From NCBI GenBank assembly GCA_038245905.1, contig JBBRRY010000039.1, positions 1 through 29,265 on the forward strand: a stretch of 29,265 nt of DNA, given 5' to 3'. Positions 27,135-29,265 of the stretch are shown here, in pieces. Position numbers and translations under genes: made by a program. The notes under the pieces were generated by a model. The model saw nothing but the letters and a program-made list of their open reading frames with translations. It searched no databases and was not told the DNA's origin. How positions within the stretch are numbered: position 1 is the stretch's first letter; each line of letters opens with the position of its first letter. The stretch is from Thermoanaerobaculia bacterium. Its GTDB lineage: Bacteria > Acidobacteriota > Thermoanaerobaculia > UBA5066.

Positions 27135-28475
27135 GTGACACACACCAAAGGCTCGGCCCTCGCGGTCATCGGGGGCCAGTGGGGCGACGAAGGCAAAGGC
27201 AAGGTCGTCGATCTCATTTCCCCCTCCTTCGACCTCGTCGCCCGCTACCAGGGCGGCCACAACGCCGGCCACACCGTCAAGTTCGGCGACAAGCACTTCG
27301 CGCTGCGTCTCATCCCGTCGGGAATCTGCCGCGGCGGGGTCATGAACGTCATCGGGAACGGCCTCGTCATCGACCCGCGGGCGCTCCTCTCCGAGATCGA
27401 CTCGCTTCGCGCCGCGGGGATCACGATCGGCGACAACCTCCTCGTGTCCGACCGCGCCCACGTCATCCTGCCGACGCACGCGCTCCTCGACGGGGCGCGC
27501 GAGAAGGCGCTCGGCGGCGCGAACATCGGGACGACCTCGCGCGGGATCGGTCCGGCCTACGAGTCGAAGGCGAATCGGAGCGGCCTACGCATGGCCGACC
27601 TCGTCGACCCCGACCGCTTTTGCGCGATCGCCCGTCCGCTCGTCTCGCATCACGATGCCGTGCTCAAACATTTCTACGGCGTCGAGGGCGCGCCCGTGGA
27701 CGAGACGCTCGAGACCTACATCGAATGCGGCCGCAAGCTCGCGCGCTTCGTCACGGATACCTCGGTGTTCCTGCACGACGAGCTCGCGAAGGGCAAGAAG
27801 CTTCTCTGCGAAGGCGCGCAGGGCGTCATGCTCGACGTCGATCACGGGACCTATCCTTTCGTCACGTCCTCTTCGTGCGCGCCGGGCGGCGCCTGCACGG
27901 GTCTCGGTCTTCCCCCGTCCGCGCTGGGCGCGGTCGTGGCCGTCATGAAGGCTTATACGACGCGCGTCGGGTCCGGCCCGTTTCCGACCGAGCTCGAGGA
28001 CGAGACCGGCGAACGGATCCGGAAGCGCGGGAACGAGTTCGGCACCGTCACGGGCCGGCCGCGGCGAGTCGGCTGGTTCGACGCCGTCGTCGCGCGCGCC
28101 GCCGTGCGCGTCTCGGGCCTCGATGCGATCGCGCTGACGAAGCTCGACGTTCTCGACGACCACGATGAGATCCGCATCGCCACCGGCTACGTCATCGACG
28201 GCAAGCCCGTCTCGTCCGTGCCCGCGCGCGCGGACCTTTACGAACGGGCGCGGCCGGTCTATCGGTCGTTTCCGGGCTGGAAGACCCCGATCGCGGGAAT
28301 CGAGACGTGGGAGGGCCTGCCGGCACGCGCCCGGGAGTACGTCTCCGCCCTCGAGGAGATCGTCGGCGCGAAGGTCGGCCTCCTCTCCACCGGTGCCAAA
28401 CGCGAGGAGACGATCGTCCGGCCGGGCACGGCGCTCGACGGCTGGCTGAAGGCGACCGTCGGTCTGCCGGCGTGA
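27135..28475 (+). CDS. purA: Adenylosuccinate synthetase
   Basis: GGQWGDEGKGK, QGGHNAGHT, GTTSRGIGPAY, EGAQG, HGTYPFVTSS and EFGTVTGRPRR. GTG 27135 lies 6 nt after TACAAT (27123-27128). Confidence 0.98.
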   Translation: MTHTKGSALAVIGGQWGDEGKGKVVDLISPSFDLVARYQGGHNAGHTVKFGDKHFALRLIPSGICRGGVMNVIGNGLVIDPRALLSEIDSLRAAGITIGDNLLVSDRAHVILPTHALLDGAREKALGGANIGTTSRGIGPAYESKANRSGLRMADLVDPDRFCAIARPLVSHHDAVLKHFYGVEGAPVDETLETYIECGRKLARFVTDTSVFLHDELAKGKKLLCEGAQGVMLDVDHGTYPFVTSSSCAPGGACTGLGLPPSALGAVVAVMKAYTTRVGSGPFPTELEDETGERIRKRGNEFGTVTGRPRRVGWFDAVVARAAVRVSGLDAIALTKLDVLDDHDEIRIATGYVIDGKPVSSVPARADLYERARPVYRSFPGWKTPIAGIETWEGLPARAREYVSALEEIVGAKVGLLSTGAKREETIVRPGTALDGWLKATVGLPA

Positions 28476-28509
28476 AGAAGCCAGCCCCTGCTACACTCCG
28501 CCGCCGGGC

Positions 28510-28586
28510 GGGCCGTTAGCTCAGTTGGTTAGAGCACATCCCTTTTAAGGATGGGGTCCTGGGTTCGAGTCCCAGACGGCTCACCA
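28510..28586 (+). tRNA. tRNA-Lys (anticodon TTT)
   Basis: Acceptor GGGCCGT/ACGGCTC, anticodon arm CATCC-CTTTTAA-GGATG, T-arm GGTTCGAGTCC and encoded CCA. TACACT -10 at 28492-28497. Confidence 0.97.
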
Positions 28587-28607
28587 GCCTTTTCCTCTCT
28601 GGCCGGA

Positions 28608-28636
28608 CTGACGCTGGGGCGAAAAGCCGATAGAAT
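28608..28636 (+). promoter_or_regulatory. Probable promoter of tRNA-Glu
   Basis: CTGACG, 17 nt, TAGAAT, followed by a GC-rich discriminator CCGCCG. Confidence 0.55.
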
Positions 28637-28652
28637 CCGCCGTTCCTCGGGT

Positions 28653-28729
28653 GCCCCCGTCGTCTAGCGGCCCAGGACGCTGCCCTTTCAAGGCGGAGAT
28701 CGCGGGTTCGAATCCCGCCGGGGGTACCA
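28653..28729 (+). tRNA. tRNA-Glu (anticodon TTC)
   Basis: Acceptor GCCCCCG/CGGGGGT, anticodon arm CTGCC-CTTTCAA-GGCGG, T-arm GGTTCGAATCC and encoded CCA. Confidence 0.97.
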
Positions 28730-28782
28730 TTTCCCTTCCTCTCTGCGAAGTGAAAGAATTCCTCCGTCAGCGAGGTGAAATT

Positions 28783-29040
28783 GTGTCGGTCGTAGACATG
28801 GGCTGTCTGCTCTGCGGCGGAACCGCTCTCGGAGCACGGAGCGCGACCGCCGAAATCGAAATGCGCTGCAGCATCTGCGGAACGTACACGATCACCGTCG
28901 GTGCCGTGAACACCCTTCGTCAACACCCGGCAAAAGGGGCGATCGTCCGCGCAGAAGTCGAGCGCCGACATGCCGCGGGCGAGGAGATGCCCCGTGTCGA
29001 CATGGAGCTTCTCGACGCGGCGATGAAACCGGGAGCCTGA
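28783..29040 (+). CDS. Small hypothetical zinc-ribbon protein
   Basis: SD GAGGTG 5 nt before GTG 28783. CLLCG...CSICGTY gives two CxxC pairs. About 85 aa. Confidence 0.6.
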   Translation: MSVVDMGCLLCGGTALGARSATAEIEMRCSICGTYTITVGAVNTLRQHPAKGAIVRAEVERRHAAGEEMPRVDMELLDAAMKPGA

Positions 29041-29076
29041 CGCGCTATCCTTTTCCTTTCGAAGGAGTCGAACGCG

Positions 29077-29265
29077 ATGGGTCTTTTCGGCGGGAAGGGC
29101 GACGAGAGCGGCGGGATGAAACCTGGCTTCCGGGACTTCAAGTGGGGAGGAGCCGCGGCCCCCCATATGGAAGTCCTCGACGAACACGCCGAGTCGAAGT
29201 TCTGCTGGATTCCGAACGACGACCTCACATTCGCGGGCGCCACAGTGGGCAAGATCGTCTACGAA
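29077..29265 (+). CDS. Hypothetical protein, N-terminal part (runs off the window)
   Basis: SD AAGGAG at 29062-29067 and ATG 29077. It reads MGLFGGKGDESGGMKPGFRDFKWGG...KIVYE and stays open to the window end. Confidence 0.65.
   Translation, partial: MGLFGGKGDESGGMKPGFRDFKWGGAAAPHMEVLDEHAESKFCWIPNDDLTFAGATVGKIVYE

Noticed and set aside
22948-27479. Long N-terminal extensions of the ATPase (from 22948), purA (from 26307), hutH (from 27479), the phaR-like gene (from 16192) and murJ (from 2618) suggesting fusions
   Set aside because: The extensions are antisense to real neighbouring genes, and the family motifs and promoter signals begin at the shorter starts.
28516-29187. 223-aa minus-strand ORF, and the 28651 start of the plus-strand ORF
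   Set aside because: Both overlap clear tRNA genes. The plus ORF has a better SD and start at 28783.
1-29265. Many long overlapping Arg/Ala/Pro-rich ORFs (e.g. 4005-7364 -, 11934-15035 -, 9885-11852 +, 18425-19894 -)
   Set aside because: They are alternate-frame or antisense shadows of recognisable genes. Stops are rare in high-GC DNA, and these ORFs show no motifs.
1-29265. CRISPR array, rRNA, prophage or defence island
   Set aside because: No regularly spaced repeats, rRNA-like sequence, or phage, cas or defence motifs were seen beyond the single TA pair.

Overview
A high-GC bacterial chromosomal window (roughly 70% by eye, not computed). Gene order and protein style suggest Acidobacteriota, possibly Thermoanaerobaculia, but this is inference. 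From left to right it holds: the left end of an IS5/IS1182-type insertion sequence, a vapBC toxin-antitoxin pair, murJ divergent from ssb, a degenerate nagZ-like GH3, mutS divergent from a tsaB-rimI-DUF465-pssA-asd-like operon, and a minus-strand hutU - giant NtrY-like histidine kinase - lipoprotein run. Next is an ~8.5 kb lipid-granule-type cluster lying between hutU and hutH: a PhaR-like regulator fused to a phasin-like domain, two further phasin-like proteins, a patatin, a secreted Cys-motif helical protein, a PlsC-type acyltransferase, an extended SDR and a fused tandem ArsA/Get3-like ATPase. No PHA synthase is present in the window. The window ends with hutH divergent from purA, tRNA-Lys(TTT), tRNA-Glu(TTC) and two small hypothetical genes. 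The best candidates for something new are the synthase-less lipid-body cluster with its fused Get3-like ATPase, two apparent pseudoenzymes (NagZ-like and Asd-like), and a dispersed purine-tract/GATTTnCTT DNA motif in both coding and intergenic DNA. Bidirectional and leaderless promoters also recur. All protein calls come from motif recognition by eye; no database search was run.
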